Assembly (NCBI GenBank): GCA_000708835.1
Contig: DF237103.1
Location: 105,185-169,184, forward strand
DNA: 64,000 bases
Reading direction: 5' to 3'
Source: Klebsormidium nitens
Lineage: Eukaryota; Plantae; Klebsormidiophyceae
Shown: one piece after another, positions 25,801 through 40,146 of the stretch
Position numbering within the stretch: the stretch's first letter is position 1
Layout: the number at the start of each line of letters is the position of its first letter
Translations under genes and position numbers: made by a program
The notes under the pieces: model-generated
What the model saw: the letters and a program-made list of their open reading frames with translations, nothing else
What the model was told of the DNA's origin: nothing
Database searches by the model: none

Positions 25801-28666
25801 TTGACGTTCCAGAATCACTAATATTCACCTTATCACTGCTTCTACAGGGCTTGAAGGGTGAGCTCGAGAAGAACTCGTCGGTACTCGGGCGCAGCGCAGT
25901 ATTCCAGAAGACGTCCCGGATCAGCAAGCTGCCGCAGTACCTGACGGTGCAGTTTGTGCGCTTCTTCTGGAAGAAGGACACGCAGAAGAAGGCCAAGATT
26001 CTCAGGGTGAGCTACATTGGCGAGGCTCTGGTTGGGAATTGGTGCAATCCTCTCGTGGCAAAGGACTTCAATGATTGAGCTCGCAGCTCAGACTCAGGAC
26101 GCGTTCACTCAGTTCGTTTGAGAAGCTTTTGAGAAGCGCATGTCAGTACAACAGTCGTGGTCTCTTGTTGTCAACGTCATTGTCTTCCGTGCTGGGGATT
26201 GAGTCATCGACCAAGAGGAGAGGGGGGCACCTTTTAGCAGTCCGCTTCTATTTGTGTGCGCTTGAATTGTGTCGCTGTTGATCGCGAGATGGTCTGCAAA
26301 GTCTCTGGGAGTCACAGAGGATCCGAAAGCCGGCCGGAGACATATGACGATGAGATGCTTGTTGCGTTGACTGCTTTTATGTATTCATGGGCTCAAGGCC
26401 TAAGGCTCGGCGTCACCCTTTGTCTTCCTTAACCGTATGCAGCCCGTTCATTATCCGATGAACCTGGACGTGTTCGACTTCTGTACGGAAGAGCTGCAAG
26501 AAAAGTTGAAGCCCGCTAGAAAGGTGAGTCGTCGTCCGATGCGGGCATCTCGAGCAAGCGCTTCAAAGACGCTAGTGCCCGATCCTCAGATCTTTCCACT
26601 GAAAAGTGGTAGATGCCTGAGAATTGGCAGGTTGCCAGAGTGCCGGGAGACTTTCAACAGTCCGTCAGTGCGATGTCACAGTTGTCACGCAATCTGAGAG
26701 CGCCACAGGAAGTTTGAGCTGGGGCTGTCTGCACAGGCGTTTCGTAGGTTGAGAACGCCATCACTGTTCTGCAGAAGCTACGCGAACAAGAGGACTTGAA
26801 AGCGGGCCTCGAGAAGAAGAACAAAGGAAAGGGGATCGAAGGGGCAACCTCAGCAACGGATGCGAAGGAGGAGAAGGTGGCCGGAGACACGGAGATGAGC
26901 GAGGCGCATGTAAGCGTGAAGATTGCATGTTTTCCACGTTGGGCGTGCATCCCGGTCGTCGAAACGTGTTTGCCTCTAGTCCTGATGTATGAGCAAGTAG
27001 GAAAAGGTAGTTGGGGACGTTGTAGAAGGTTTCAAGCGCGATCATCTGCCCTCTTTCCTACTTTTCAGCGCCTGTGCAAGTACTTCCCGACAAATCTTGC
27101 GGGGAAACATTGCGCCGCGTAGAATATTACTTCGTATACTTAGAGTTGCTCGTGCAGTTCGTTTTGCAAATTTGCACGATTTGTGCTGTTCCCGCATTCT
27201 TCGAATTTGCTCTGCTCATTTCCTCAGGGCCAGGAAGGTGCAACTCTCTGTTCTCAAGTGGTTGGTCTGTTGGCTTGTGCAATATCAGGTCATAAAGTTG
27301 CGTTGATTGAACATCGTGGTTGCAAGCCTTCACGGAACTCTGTGCATTAAAACTTCGTATTGGTTTTTCCAGGAGGTTGCGACTGCGGATGCCCCGAAAG
27401 AGACGTCTACAGCAGACAGCAAAGGTACGTGAATGTCTTGAAGCGTTCAAGTGCCTGTATCGGACTGAAAAGCATTGCAAGTTCACCCCGCTGTTTCATA
27501 TGAAGCTTATATCTTCTTCTGTGTTGTCTGGCATCACGTTCTTCGTGCCGTGTTCTCGAACTGCATGATGTTTCGCTGTGGTGAAGCTCCGACTTCGCGA
27601 CATCGTACTTCGTGAAGCACATTTGCGAGCAACTTCGCTGGCACGTCCACCAACGCCTTGGTCCTATGTTGACGTACTCGAGACCTTGTCGCAGGCGCGG
27701 GGCCTTCTTCGTCGTCATCGGAAGCAGCGGGGAGCAGCAAAGAACTGACAGGCATCTACGACTTGTGGGCGGTTCTCACGCACAAGGGGCGGAGCGCTGA
27801 TTCGGGACACTATACTGCGTGGGTAAAGCAAGACAAGGGTAAGTTGTTTAGTCGCGCGCTGTCATCGTTGTTTCCAGTTGTTGCTTTTGACGACAGCTGG
27901 TAGACGTGGCAGCGTATTTAGCTGTTTACTGTACAGCGGAGCTTGGACAAGGGTCTCGGTTCTAATTGCAGCATCTGGAACGAGGATACGAACCATTCCA
28001 GCTGTGCGTGCAGCCCTCTTTGCACCATCTGCATCCGTCTCTCTGCCAACGTTAAGGTGCTTGAGTCATTTGTTCCGGATACAGATACAGAAGTTGTCAG
28101 AGGCGGTTCCTGTTGCGTTTTTGTTTTGGAGCATTGCTTTCACATACTGTGTGTGTCTCACCCTTCTTCAATCCAGTAGCTACCAAACTTGGTTGGCTTC
28201 AGGAGATTTCAAGGTTTTGGAAGCAGTCGGCAGAGCAGTAGGTAAGGCCGGCAGGTTTTGCCGATAGCAGCCTAGGAGAGTTCGCTGCTTGTTGATATCC
28301 ATTTACATGGAAATCATTCAGGAGGGTGGACGTTGTTTGATGACGACAAGCCCATACCGCAAAGGGAGGACGACATCCTGAAGCTTGCTGGAGGAGGTGA
28401 GACTGCCTTTCGTTCAGCCTTTGAAGTCTGTTCCAATCGTCAGTTCTGTGTTTCAAATCTTGCCTGAAGGAAGGTTGCTGAGCACGTTCCGATTCATTGG
28501 AAAATTTGGCACGCTGCTAGATAGGGAGTGCTGCAGCCTTGCTGAATTGACTGATCATCCTCCCAATCTATACCCAGAAAAGCTTGACTCGGTCCTGCTT
28601 TATCATGCAGGTGACTGGCACATGGCTTATATTTGCCTCTATAAAGCCCGAGTGCCCTCAGCTTAG
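22812..28666 (+). CDS. UBP6: Ubiquitin carboxyl-terminal hydrolase 6 (USP14 ortholog, UBL plus USP domain); about 491 aa
   Basis: Exons 22812-22821, 23111-23253, 23457-23603, 23971-24195, 24436-24498, 24787-24857, 25067-25223, 25848-26006, 26443-26523, 26775-26909, [27228-27237 candidate], 27695-27838, 28322-28396 and 28611-28666. Motifs: VSVKWQKE, TGVPPERQKIMVKGG, Cys box GLINLGNTCYMNS, QQDAEECW, His box HKGRSADSGHY and GGGDWHMAY. Confidence 0.94.
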
Positions 28667-29910
28667 ATTAGCGATGGATCAAGGCAGATTCTTTCCGGAA
28701 GGTTGGACATGCGCTGATTGATGCTTCTTCTCAATGCCGCTTCACAAGATTGGGGAAGTCACTTTCGGCTTTCGATTGTCAGCGCTAAATGTTTCCATCA
28801 TGATGCGGCGTTGACCCGTTTGTGTTCGAAACATGAGCGGTTGATGGCGCGGAGATGCGCATGGAGCTATCTGAACTTCCGCAAATTGGTGTACACAAGA
28901 AACACATCATACAAAAGCATAATCATCATCGTGACTTTTTGTGACCATCATCAATGATAATCAATCTGCTGGGCCGGTCGTTTGACTTCATTTAACCAGC
29001 AGCCAGAGCCTGAAAAAATTGCCGGGATTTGTTACATGAGTGCTTATGCTGCACGTGATCTTTCATTGTGCTTCAACTAAGATTCTGACGGTGCGCATGC
29101 GAGTGTAAAAACGAAGGTATTCGTCATGTACGAGCAGTCGATCTTACAGAAGCTTACCCGTCTATGCATTACCTGCTATCTAGATAGTAGGCGCCGGGCG
29201 GCGTCGCGGGGGTCTTCAAACACAAATTGAACCTGCGCTTGCTGGCAGCTAATCTCGAGGACCTAGATAGGTGATTCTCTACTAATCTCTAGCCTGCTTT
29301 GTACCATTGTACTTCAAGAACCTCGCAACTTACTAGCTGCGCTGGGCTGGCCCAAGCCGTGCGGCGGCCGCGCAGCATGCTCAGCCATAAGCCTGCGTTG
29401 ACGGTCGTGAAGACCAAAACGCGCGCGAACCTCCTTTTACCTCCTCTGCAAAGTGAGAACGCTGTGTGCTGCAACCTGTGGTCTGAATCGGCCTCTTGGG
29501 CCGTTGACAGGCAGAGGAATATGGTTGATGTTGCAATGGCGCAAAAGCGGTTGCCACCAGCTGAACACTCCTCTCTATTACTTGGCTCATTGAAATTGCT
29601 GGCGGCATCAGCTCGGGACTGGTGTTGCAAGGTTTGAGTTTTTCTCATCCTCAAGAGAGTCTGGAGAACCGTAGGTAGTCCTAGTCCTAGTCCTACAGGT
29701 AGACAAAGAGCCGCAATTTGTTGGTGGAAGCGGCTCACACGCTGTTGATTTGTGGGAGCAGTTGAAGCAACTTTGATTGCAGAAACTCAGCTGAAGCGTT
29801 GCCTACATTGTCATAGCAAGTCGTAGTCAGCTGGCAAGAGGAGTTCGTGCTTTTGCCACCTGCACCTACCAACAACGCCTACGCTTTCTCTACAGTCCGC
29901 CACCGCCAAC

Positions 29911-31365
<1,455 letters not shown>

Positions 31366-32543
31366 TTTACGCAATTGTTATATAACTGCCTATTTGGGGG
31401 AACGTTCAAGGACTCTTTGGCTGAGTTGATGGGTGTCACGTCCATCATGTAGGGCAGAGTGCTTTGCTAATACACTGAAGCTTGTCGAGATCAGAGATCC
31501 GCTTGAGATATTGAAACTTTGGTGGTTCTCAGTCCTTCTTTGAAGTGACTGATCGCTTTTATTGGGGGCATCCCATGAAAGCAAGGGCAGTGAACGTAGG
31601 AAGCATTCCAGCGGAAAACTGTCCTGGAAAAGAACAGTGAACAAGGACGACTTGGCAGCATCGACCTCAGAAGGTAACCTTGCAAGCATCTGTACACAGT
31701 GATTTGTCTGTGGCTTGAGGCTATGACAGGCTGCGGTTGGCCAGTCAACCGCTTCATGCGCAAAGAATGTTTTCCTTTACATGCCGCAGCCAACGTTGGG
31801 TCCACATGATGATTAACCGGCAGCTGCTCACATGTCCCTACCGTATACATGATTACAAAAGACAATCCCACTGGGCATGCCACTCAATGCTTACCCCAAG
31901 CTTCCCATCTCTGATGTTCTCTTTTCAGACGCCGTAGCCACACGGGCCATAGGCTTCCATGGCATACATGGGAATCAAAGTTCTGATTGCATGCTCTGCT
32001 AGCACATGTGGAAGTTCAAATTGCATGTTCACAGACGGTTCCCCTGCAATAAGATCGTGTACACAATTTTGATGCTTTTGCATGGTGAATCATTGCAGAG
32101 TCGCCACCAGTGCATCAAGATGAAAGGCATGCATCTGCACTGAGCATATCATGCATGCATGTCATGTTCAATACTTGCGGTTCTGGCATGTAACAGCTGC
32201 TCCACGCGCACCGCGCTCAGTCGACATCTCAAAAACCAGTTGTTACGACCTAGCTACCATAGTGGCAAATGCAGAACAGCAATCGCCATATGACAACCAA
32301 CGCGTGCGAAAAGTCAAGCACATGGGCTCCGTTTCTGAAGGAAGTCCTTCTCTAACCTCACTCACTCCAGCCATGCGCCCATAGAATGGTCGCTGCCATG
32401 TCGGCTTTACCTTCGTGTCAAAATCACGAAAAATGCTTCCCCACAAGCCCCTCTCCAGAACTGACCGGTACCAAATAGGGTAGAAGACAACTGAACGCAT
32501 CAACGTCGAATGTTTGCTCCTGTTCTAGCTACAATTACCCTGC

Positions 32544-35500
32544 TTATTCCCCAACAGTCGCGAGCTCGGGCGCCAAGCCAAAGACCCTCAGGTTACGATC
32601 CATGGACGTGACGGCTAAATAGCTGGCATCCTTTCCAAACTTGGCGTTCAGGATCTTGCTTGTTCCTGATAAATCCGGGAAGGTTTTGACGGTGTTCCAC
32701 TCCTGCTTCACCGTCCCAACAGCGTAGATCCTGCAAACAAGATTAGCAAGCTCAGCAAGTCAAACGAACTAAAGCCACCACCAAGCCCCGGATTTGTGTC
32801 TTCGTGAATCCTTAAGGCACTTTGGCGGGAGGGATAATCCTAGCGGCCAAATAAAGGCTTATTACGCTTGCACGAGTTAGCTTTTTGGCTCAGAATCGGA
32901 TTTGAAACACCTGGCAGAAGTTCAAGACCTGCTTGGAAAGTCTGCTCAAGTATAGCCCTCTGCTCTGCACCAGGGCAAACACGAGGACGTTGCCAGCCCT
33001 TCCCGTGCCGGATCGGCACGAGTCAACTTATGGTGGCGACGAAGCAATCCAGCAGACAAGTCGCCGAAAATGTGACTCAGAAGTTCACGCCAGCTCGCTG
33101 ACCTGACGTCCGCTCCGCCGGCGGCCAGGTAGCTCCCGCTGTGGTCGAACTCGACCGTGTTGCAGTCTGTGTCCGCGTCCCAGGGCGCGAACGTGCGGAA
33201 GTTCTTGAGCTTGCGCAGATCCCAAAGCTTGACGCCGTCCCGCGCGGCGGTCGCCAAGAAGTAACCGTTCTCGCTGAACGAGATCGCGTTCACGGGGCCC
33301 GAGTGGCCCTCGAACTTGGCCACGTTCGCCTGCGGGGAGAGCATCGACCATACTAAGTCGTGGTCTGGTAACATAGTCAAGCAATTTGCAAAGACTAGGT
33401 TGAGGGAGGGACATGCGCTGACTGCTAGGTCATCCCAGTCAATGAGCAGGATGATGATTCGGTATAATTATAATCCCATTACAATCGGTGATTTAGAAGT
33501 CAAACACGAAGTGAATCAGTCGGCCCTTCTTCTGAGGCTTCATTGTCCAATGCCAAAGAAATTCAGGCTAAAGGTCCAGCACATGATAGATGACCGACCC
33601 CGCTGCTCCAGTTAAGCCCCCAACCTAGGGCCACATACGCTCGGCTCACCTGCGATTTGACGTCCCAGATCCTGACCAGAGACTCGGCGGTCCCCGTGCC
33701 GAGGATGAGGCCGTCGGGGTGGAAGGAGGCGCACGTGTATCCGTCGGTCACTGACGGGTCAGCGACCTGCGCACACAGGAGTCATGTGAGGCCGTATACT
33801 GGGACCTCGTGTTAACGGCTGAGCCGCTGAGGGGGCCTAGGCACGTACTTATCGAAAGCAGACGCTGATCATGGTCCCAACGAACGTGAGAACCCTTTGA
33901 CCTAAAACTTTCACCCTTTGACCTAAAACTTTCTGTACTCCGAAGAGTGACAAAGGAGGGGGATTCCTTTCTCTAAAAGCGTTGAAGCCAGCTCCGATCT
34001 GATTGTTTTCCAGACACTCAGCGCCTGTTGTGCCCACTTTTGAGTTTGTTTCTCTGCAGCTTCAAAAGGAGTCTGCAGTTTTCTTACCCCTGCCAGAATG
34101 TGCAGATTCAAAGGTAACCTCAACGACGTGATAGACTCAGATGGCAAGCAGCAAGCCACCTTCGACTTTCTTTCTCGTCTCAACCTGGAGCATTCCAACA
34201 CTGAATAATCATCGAAAACCAGAGCGTGCCACCGTTTCGCACCTGAGTGAGGCACAGCCCCGAGGCGAGATCGTAGAAGCCCCAGGTCTTGTCGGAGGAG
34301 GCGGTGACGAAGTAATGGTTGGTCGCGTGCAGAGTGAGGGCTCGGACGTCTGACGCGTGATCGGTCAGCACGTGGACGCATTGGTACTTTCCCTCGTCCG
34401 AACCCTTCCACACGCGCACCGTCTTGTCTGAGGATGCGGACAGGAGAAGGTCCGTCTGGGGCACGAACTTGACGGCGTTCACCTAAAAAGGAGGAAAGTT
34501 TGAGAATCATACGAAAATTTATATCAGAGGCAAGACAGTCGGAAGTTGGTCTCGACTAGTTGTGGGGCGCCTTCTTAGAACACGTCCGTCTGGGGCATGG
34601 ACTTGACGGCATTCACCTGCGAAGAAGGAGAGGACTGGAAACTGCGACGGGAGATTTGTGTAGGCGACGAGGAAGTCAGTGGGTGAGCTAGACTAAGAAG
34701 TGCAGGAATGACTTGGGGGATGAAAACTCCGACGGACAGTGAGAGGGAAAACCGCACGTCTCAGCTGTGAGTCGCAGCCTTTGCATGGTCGTGCACCAGA
34801 ACTTGCAATAAGAGCAGAATCTTGCAAAGGAATAACAGATGTAGAAGACAACGAGGGAGTAAGTCTAAACCCAATTGATCATTTTTCTTCGGAGCATTGA
34901 TCTGAGAAGTGCTCCAAGCTCGCATACAACGACGCTCCTGGAGTGCATCTGACACTCCGTTTGAAAAAATCCCTTTCCTATTGATTGGTCCTGGCAGGTT
35001 TGAAAACCAAAGGGCGCACTTCTTGGGTCGAAGTGAAACGGACGGGAAGGAGAGATGAATGCTATTCGAACGAAGCACGGAGGCACTTTCCTTCTTCCTG
35101 ACAAAATTTTCGAAGCAAATCTGCGAAGCAACTTGTTAAGCCCTGTTCAAACTCTGCGCTCACCTTCTTGGTGTGGCCCGCCAGCGTGGCTTTGATCTGC
35201 CCCGCCGGCCGGTCGAACACCACCACTTGGGCGTCAACACCGCCCGTCAAAATCCAATCCTGCATCGAAACAGGCCATCAACATTTTTAGCGGCAAATAT
35301 TCCGTCCTTCTTCCCAAGCAAGAGAAAACATAACCTTGTGGTCGAAAAGAAGAGGCAGAAGGTCCGCTCGAGGAAGCGAAGCGGCTACGAAACTACGAGA
35401 ATATCTTCCTGAACACCTCTAAAGTCCACGTTTTCCACCTCGCGAACGAACGCAGATTACGCCAGGGTTTCTCGTGATGCGACCGTCCCTGATTTCAACC

Positions 35501-38500
35501 CCACCTTGTCAGAATTGATGTCGCACGCAATGATGCCTGGCTTCGCGGTTTTATGAAGGGGGTGGCTTGACAGCTGGGTGTATCGCTCGAGCGCGTCTGC
35601 GCTCGCAAGAGTGGCCGGAATCTGCAGACCAAAACACATTTTCCGTCAAACCGGGTGAACTCGGGTGTTTGGCGGGTGCCATAACCTGGGCACCCCCGCA
35701 AAACGGTTGCAGGACTTCGTAACATGCCAGCGTCTGCTTTGCGTCCTTCAAGTTGCTATCAGCTTCGCGGCACGCCCGCAAGGGCGCAGGGTACTCATCC
35801 TGTACAAACAGACCGTGCAAGCAATCCAAGAGCGAGAAAAGAACGATACGAGGCCTCGCGAAAGTGTTGATTGGTTCGCCGGTTAGCGGAAAGGATGGAG
35901 AGACAGAGACTCCCGAATCTCCAAAGCTCGCAACAAGTTCCAAAACTTGACTTACATGCGCAATAGCAAACATTCAGCATAAAATTCAGGCAGGCAGGGC
36001 CTCACTTGTCGCTTCTTCCTGCTCTGCGAGAGCTCCACGTTGCACGCAGTCATCTCGGCAACAATCTCCTGCGTAATGCCGGCCTTCGCCTTTTTCGTGG
36101 GCGCCGCCTCCGCATGCTCCTCAGGAGCTGCGCGAAAACGGGACAGACTGCGGTTAGAACGCGCGCACGGCATTCCGGACAGGACCACTCTCGAGCAAAG
36201 CATATCCAGGTTTGATTAGTACACTTGCAAGAAACTCAGAGACTTGTCAGTGGTCAATGTGTTCGACCTGGTCACGGATACAAAGTAAGAAGCAGCGTGT
36301 TTGTTCGACTTTGCTGCCAACGCGTGATGGCCTGCAGCAGCCCGGCCCAGAAACCTGAAGAAGGCCCGCCTCAACCTTCAAGCCGGTTGTGAAACGACGA
36401 AAAGGGGTCAGAGAGACGCCCCTCGACCATCAGAACGCCTTAGGTCCTATCGGCTTCCAATCCAACAAATGTTAGTTTCATATTCGAACAACCTCGGCCC
36501 GTAACAGTTCTCCCTCGTGGTTGCTTTACTTGCTTCGATTCGTTATAAGTTTGCGAGGGATAACTCTCCCCCTGAGAAAGGTCTGCACGCTGCCTCACCC
36601 CTTTTACCGTTGGCCACGTCTGGCCGATGTGGCGCCACCTCAGCCGGAGCTGCAGCGGCCCTGGCCTCCGTCTCCGCCAAGAGAGCACGCGCCTCGTCGC
36701 GCTCTTTTTTCAAGCGGGCAATGACACGGGTTGCGGCGTCGTGCTGTGTGGCCATGCAAAAAGAGCTCTCAGCAACCAGCAAATGATTCTTATTGAAGTG
36801 AATGGAAGCTTTGAAACTTCATATTTAGGAGGCAGAACCGCTATTTAGCAGCTGCGCAAGCTTCTCGATCAGGATGACAGTGTTCGGAGCAATCTGGCCA
36901 GCAAACCTGGCTAGGGCTGCAAATAAGTGCAATGCAAGAGACATTGAAACGAGGAGCGTTTGAATTTTAGACCATGCAGAGCTGGTGATTGTGGGCCCCT
37001 GGATAAAGAACGAGGCAAAACGTAGGACATGGTACCTGGTACAAGGAATAGCTCAGCTCTTGTCGCGCCGTGTGCAGCTGTTGCTCGAGAGAGTAGGTGC
37101 TCAGCACAAACGCATCCCATTCCTGCAAACACAGGGGCAATTGTTGATTGACACATGCAGGTCCTCTTCAGCAAAAGGAACATGCCTTTGCAACTCACAG
37201 GGCCCGAATCTATGCTGCAAGTTCGAGGAACACAAAGAAAGCTTTGAGACGATCCATGCACTCAACCTTCAGACCAGATTGGAGCATGATCAAGTATCAG
37301 CATCGAATGCTCATTTGTGTGTGAATCCCAACGGGGCACAATCAAGTAGTCCTCATGTGCAAATCGTTTCATGCAAAGTAACTCAGTCCAGCAGCAACAG
37401 TGAGAACTCACGTTCTGAAAAGTGGCCAGCATGCCCGGAATGCTGGCACCCGACGCAAGCCGCGGCTTGACGGCCTGCAGGGAGCATGGAGCACACGGTC
37501 AGGCGCAGCCTTGGTCGTTGACTCTTTGACGACATGGATTCCAAAGCAGCTCACCCTGAAAGCTACGAAGTTTTGTGCGCCCCAGTACTTTGCTTTTTGG
37601 TCAAGCGAGCTGTCCAGTAACAACTACCACCATCTAAGGATGGTGCACAGCATCACTGCACATCCAAGGGCGTATGCACTTGCACTTGAGACACATGCAC
37701 CACTAAGTCATGAAACATTCCCTGCACCTTGCAAGTTCTTCCCAGCGCCTAGCATGCATCTCATATACAGCTCTCCTTGAGCATCACCTCAGCGTACAAG
37801 AGGGAGGACCTGAGCTAGTTCTGCTTGTAGGTAGGATCAGGCCCCTGATGCACTGCACTGCAACTTCAACCCACGAGATGTCGCGCCTGCTCCAGCGCCT
37901 TACCTTGTTACTCTTGATCTCGAGAAGGTCATCTTCCGTAAGGGGGTCTTGACTAACCGGATCCACGCCGATATCCTGCATAGGAAAGGCGTATGGTTAG
38001 AATCCGTCTAGAGTTCCGCGCCTACGCTGAGCGAGAACAAGGGCACTCAGTGGGCGTCAATACTTGCTACACATCTGTCGAGCAAGAAAACGTCTGGTTG
38101 CCGACCCAAGGAGTGAGGCCACCTGGAAGTTGGGCACTGGTACAATCCAGGGTGCCATGTCATTTTCTGCCGTCAGTTTGAGCACAAGTCTGGAGTCTGT
38201 CGATGCACTTGGGCGCTGAAGCAGACAAATACAGATCGCACACCAATTCCTCAAACAACCTCAGCACTTTTGCACGGACCAAGCCTCACACCACCGCACT
38301 CAGCTTTCTAGATGCATCGCCCCAACAACTCACACATGTCAAGTACCGGAGCTGCCCTCACCTTGATGTGCTTGAGTATCAATCGCTTCTCAAACAGCGC
38401 CCCCGACTTTGTTGAGACCACCGGCTCTTGAGGAGTCACCCCGGATACTACACAAACATCGCAAGACCAAGTTGCCTACAGACTGAAAGACTGCTTCTCG

Positions 38501-39319
38501 GATGCTTGGCAACATCCATGGAAGACAAGGTTGCTCAGACAAAAATGAGCGCTTTTGCTTGGCATCTGCAACTTTTCCTTGAAGTGGCCGTGCTGTGTAC
38601 CCTGGCTTGCAGCGGCGTGGCTAAATGAACTAGCATCCTCTGCCTGAATTACGCCAGCCATCGTTTACAGACCAAGAGAAGCAAATAAGGCCCCTGATCC
38701 GCCAAAGCAGTGTAAGCAAGTACGGGCATCATAAGCGAGCATGCAGAATCAAAGCAAGGCCGTTGAACTGAATAGCCAAAAACAACCTATTCTATTCCTT
38801 AAAGCAGAACAAATGTGCACACGATGGGCTCTAAAATTCCTGCGAACGGAGGGCCGACAGACAGCAAACAACATGCGATCATTACCAGGTTGCGCCGGCT
38901 TTGCACATGGAAGCATCTGTTGCAACCATTGGAGCTAAAGTAGCTGTAGGTAAACACATTGTAGCAAACAAAACTCCGAGCAAGAAGGAAGCTTCATCGA
39001 TTGAACCCCAACCAGTGAAGCAATCTGACCAGAAGATGAAACACAAGATCACCCGACATGAACCACTGGACAACACTCCCTCTTCACACACCAGGGGGAT
39101 GTGCCTGATACATTCCATTACCGCCAGGAGCGATTTGAGTGAGCCTGTTCATCTGAATTGTTCACCCGCATTGCTTCAAAATATGCCGAACGACCCATGG
39201 CTCTCGTCTCTGCTCTCTTGACTTTGTTCAGCATATAAGGGATCAGGAAAAACATGGCCCAATTCCTCCAGATTCATCAGAATCACAAACATATGCGAGG
39301 ACTCACTTGAGCAAAACAT
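32544..39319 (-). CDS. PRP19: Pre-mRNA processing factor 19 (MAC3; U-box, coiled coil, WD40); 523 aa
   Basis: Thirteen exons: 39319-39307, 38447-38362, 37975-37904, 37474-37412, 37122-37036, 36743-36599, 36127-36006, 35621-35505, 35259-35164, 34482-34243, 33766-33650, 33329-33103 and 32730-32544 (1572 nt). Motifs: MFCSISG...[61 protein letters not shown] and [11 protein letters not shown]. Confidence 0.95.
34575..34616 (-). repeat. Intronic partial duplicate of the PRP19 exon 10 start, with its own acceptor and an in-frame TAA
   Basis: GTGAATGCCGTCAAGTCCATGCCCCAGACGGAC versus the true exon GTGAACGCCGTCAAGTTCGTGCCCCAGACGGAC (30/33 nt), preceded by CCTCTCCTTCTTCGCAG. Confidence 0.88.
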
Positions 39320-40146
39320 TGTGCCTGATTGTTAGGCGGTCGACCAAGTTGCTTGAAAAGTTCCCCCACCGCGTTTTTCCGTCAGCAAACCCCTGTACCT
39401 ACCACAGTAATCTACCACCCTGACCCCGCCTTGATCCTAAAACCCTCCTCCCGTATTTATGCCTGCATCAAATGGGTATTCCCTTCTTTAAATGCGTGCA
39501 GCTCGTACCAGTCCTACCAGGCTCTTGTGACGAGAGTGCCGACCTTGATCATACGGGCCTCCTTGCTGAGAAGTTCTGCATTTCTCTTCCCTCTGAAGCT
39601 GGAACAGCACAGCAGGTGTCACAGTTCACAACACTTGTCATACCGTTTATTTTCCGTGACCGCGACCGCGTATCTGACCGGTGAATATTAGATTATAGTT
39701 ATCTGTAGTGCTAATATGTAGCTCTTCATCCGCTACTGGGTACAGAATTTGTCTGTTGTCTCTATCTACTTGGGGAAATACCATTCTACATACGTATATT
39801 GACAGAATTGAACAAACTGAGATACTGCCAGAGCGCCCGATTATAACTGCACGACATGCATAAACTAGGTATTGGAGAGAGAGCACTGCGACTCCCTCGT
39901 CTGTGCAGTCAGAACTCGGACCTGAAGAAGTTGGAAGGCGCGGGGGCAGGCATGGGCGCTGAAGCCCGTGCAGAAGCAGGTTGGATTGGGCATTTTGGGG
40001 GAGCTCTCGCATCGGTCTCCTTGAGAATGCATTGATTGCTGTAGCTGTGACTTGAGCCTTGGAACTGCACGCCGCAAAAGTAGTGTGCGCAGACTGCAAG
40101 CAGCTAAGCTGAGGAATTTGGCACACTGTTGCAGTTGCCCGCAATC

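Noticed and set aside
25307-25996. 229-aa minus-strand ORF within UBP6
   Set aside because: It is partly antisense to UBP6 exon 8 and has no transposase, RT or other recognisable motif.
29289-29738. 149-aa minus-strand ORF upstream of centrin
   Set aside because: It has no recognisable domain or convincing splice context and is likely centrin leader or promoter sequence.
33923-34510. 195-aa minus-strand ORF in PRP19
   Set aside because: It is an alternative frame of GC-rich exon 10 running into the intron.
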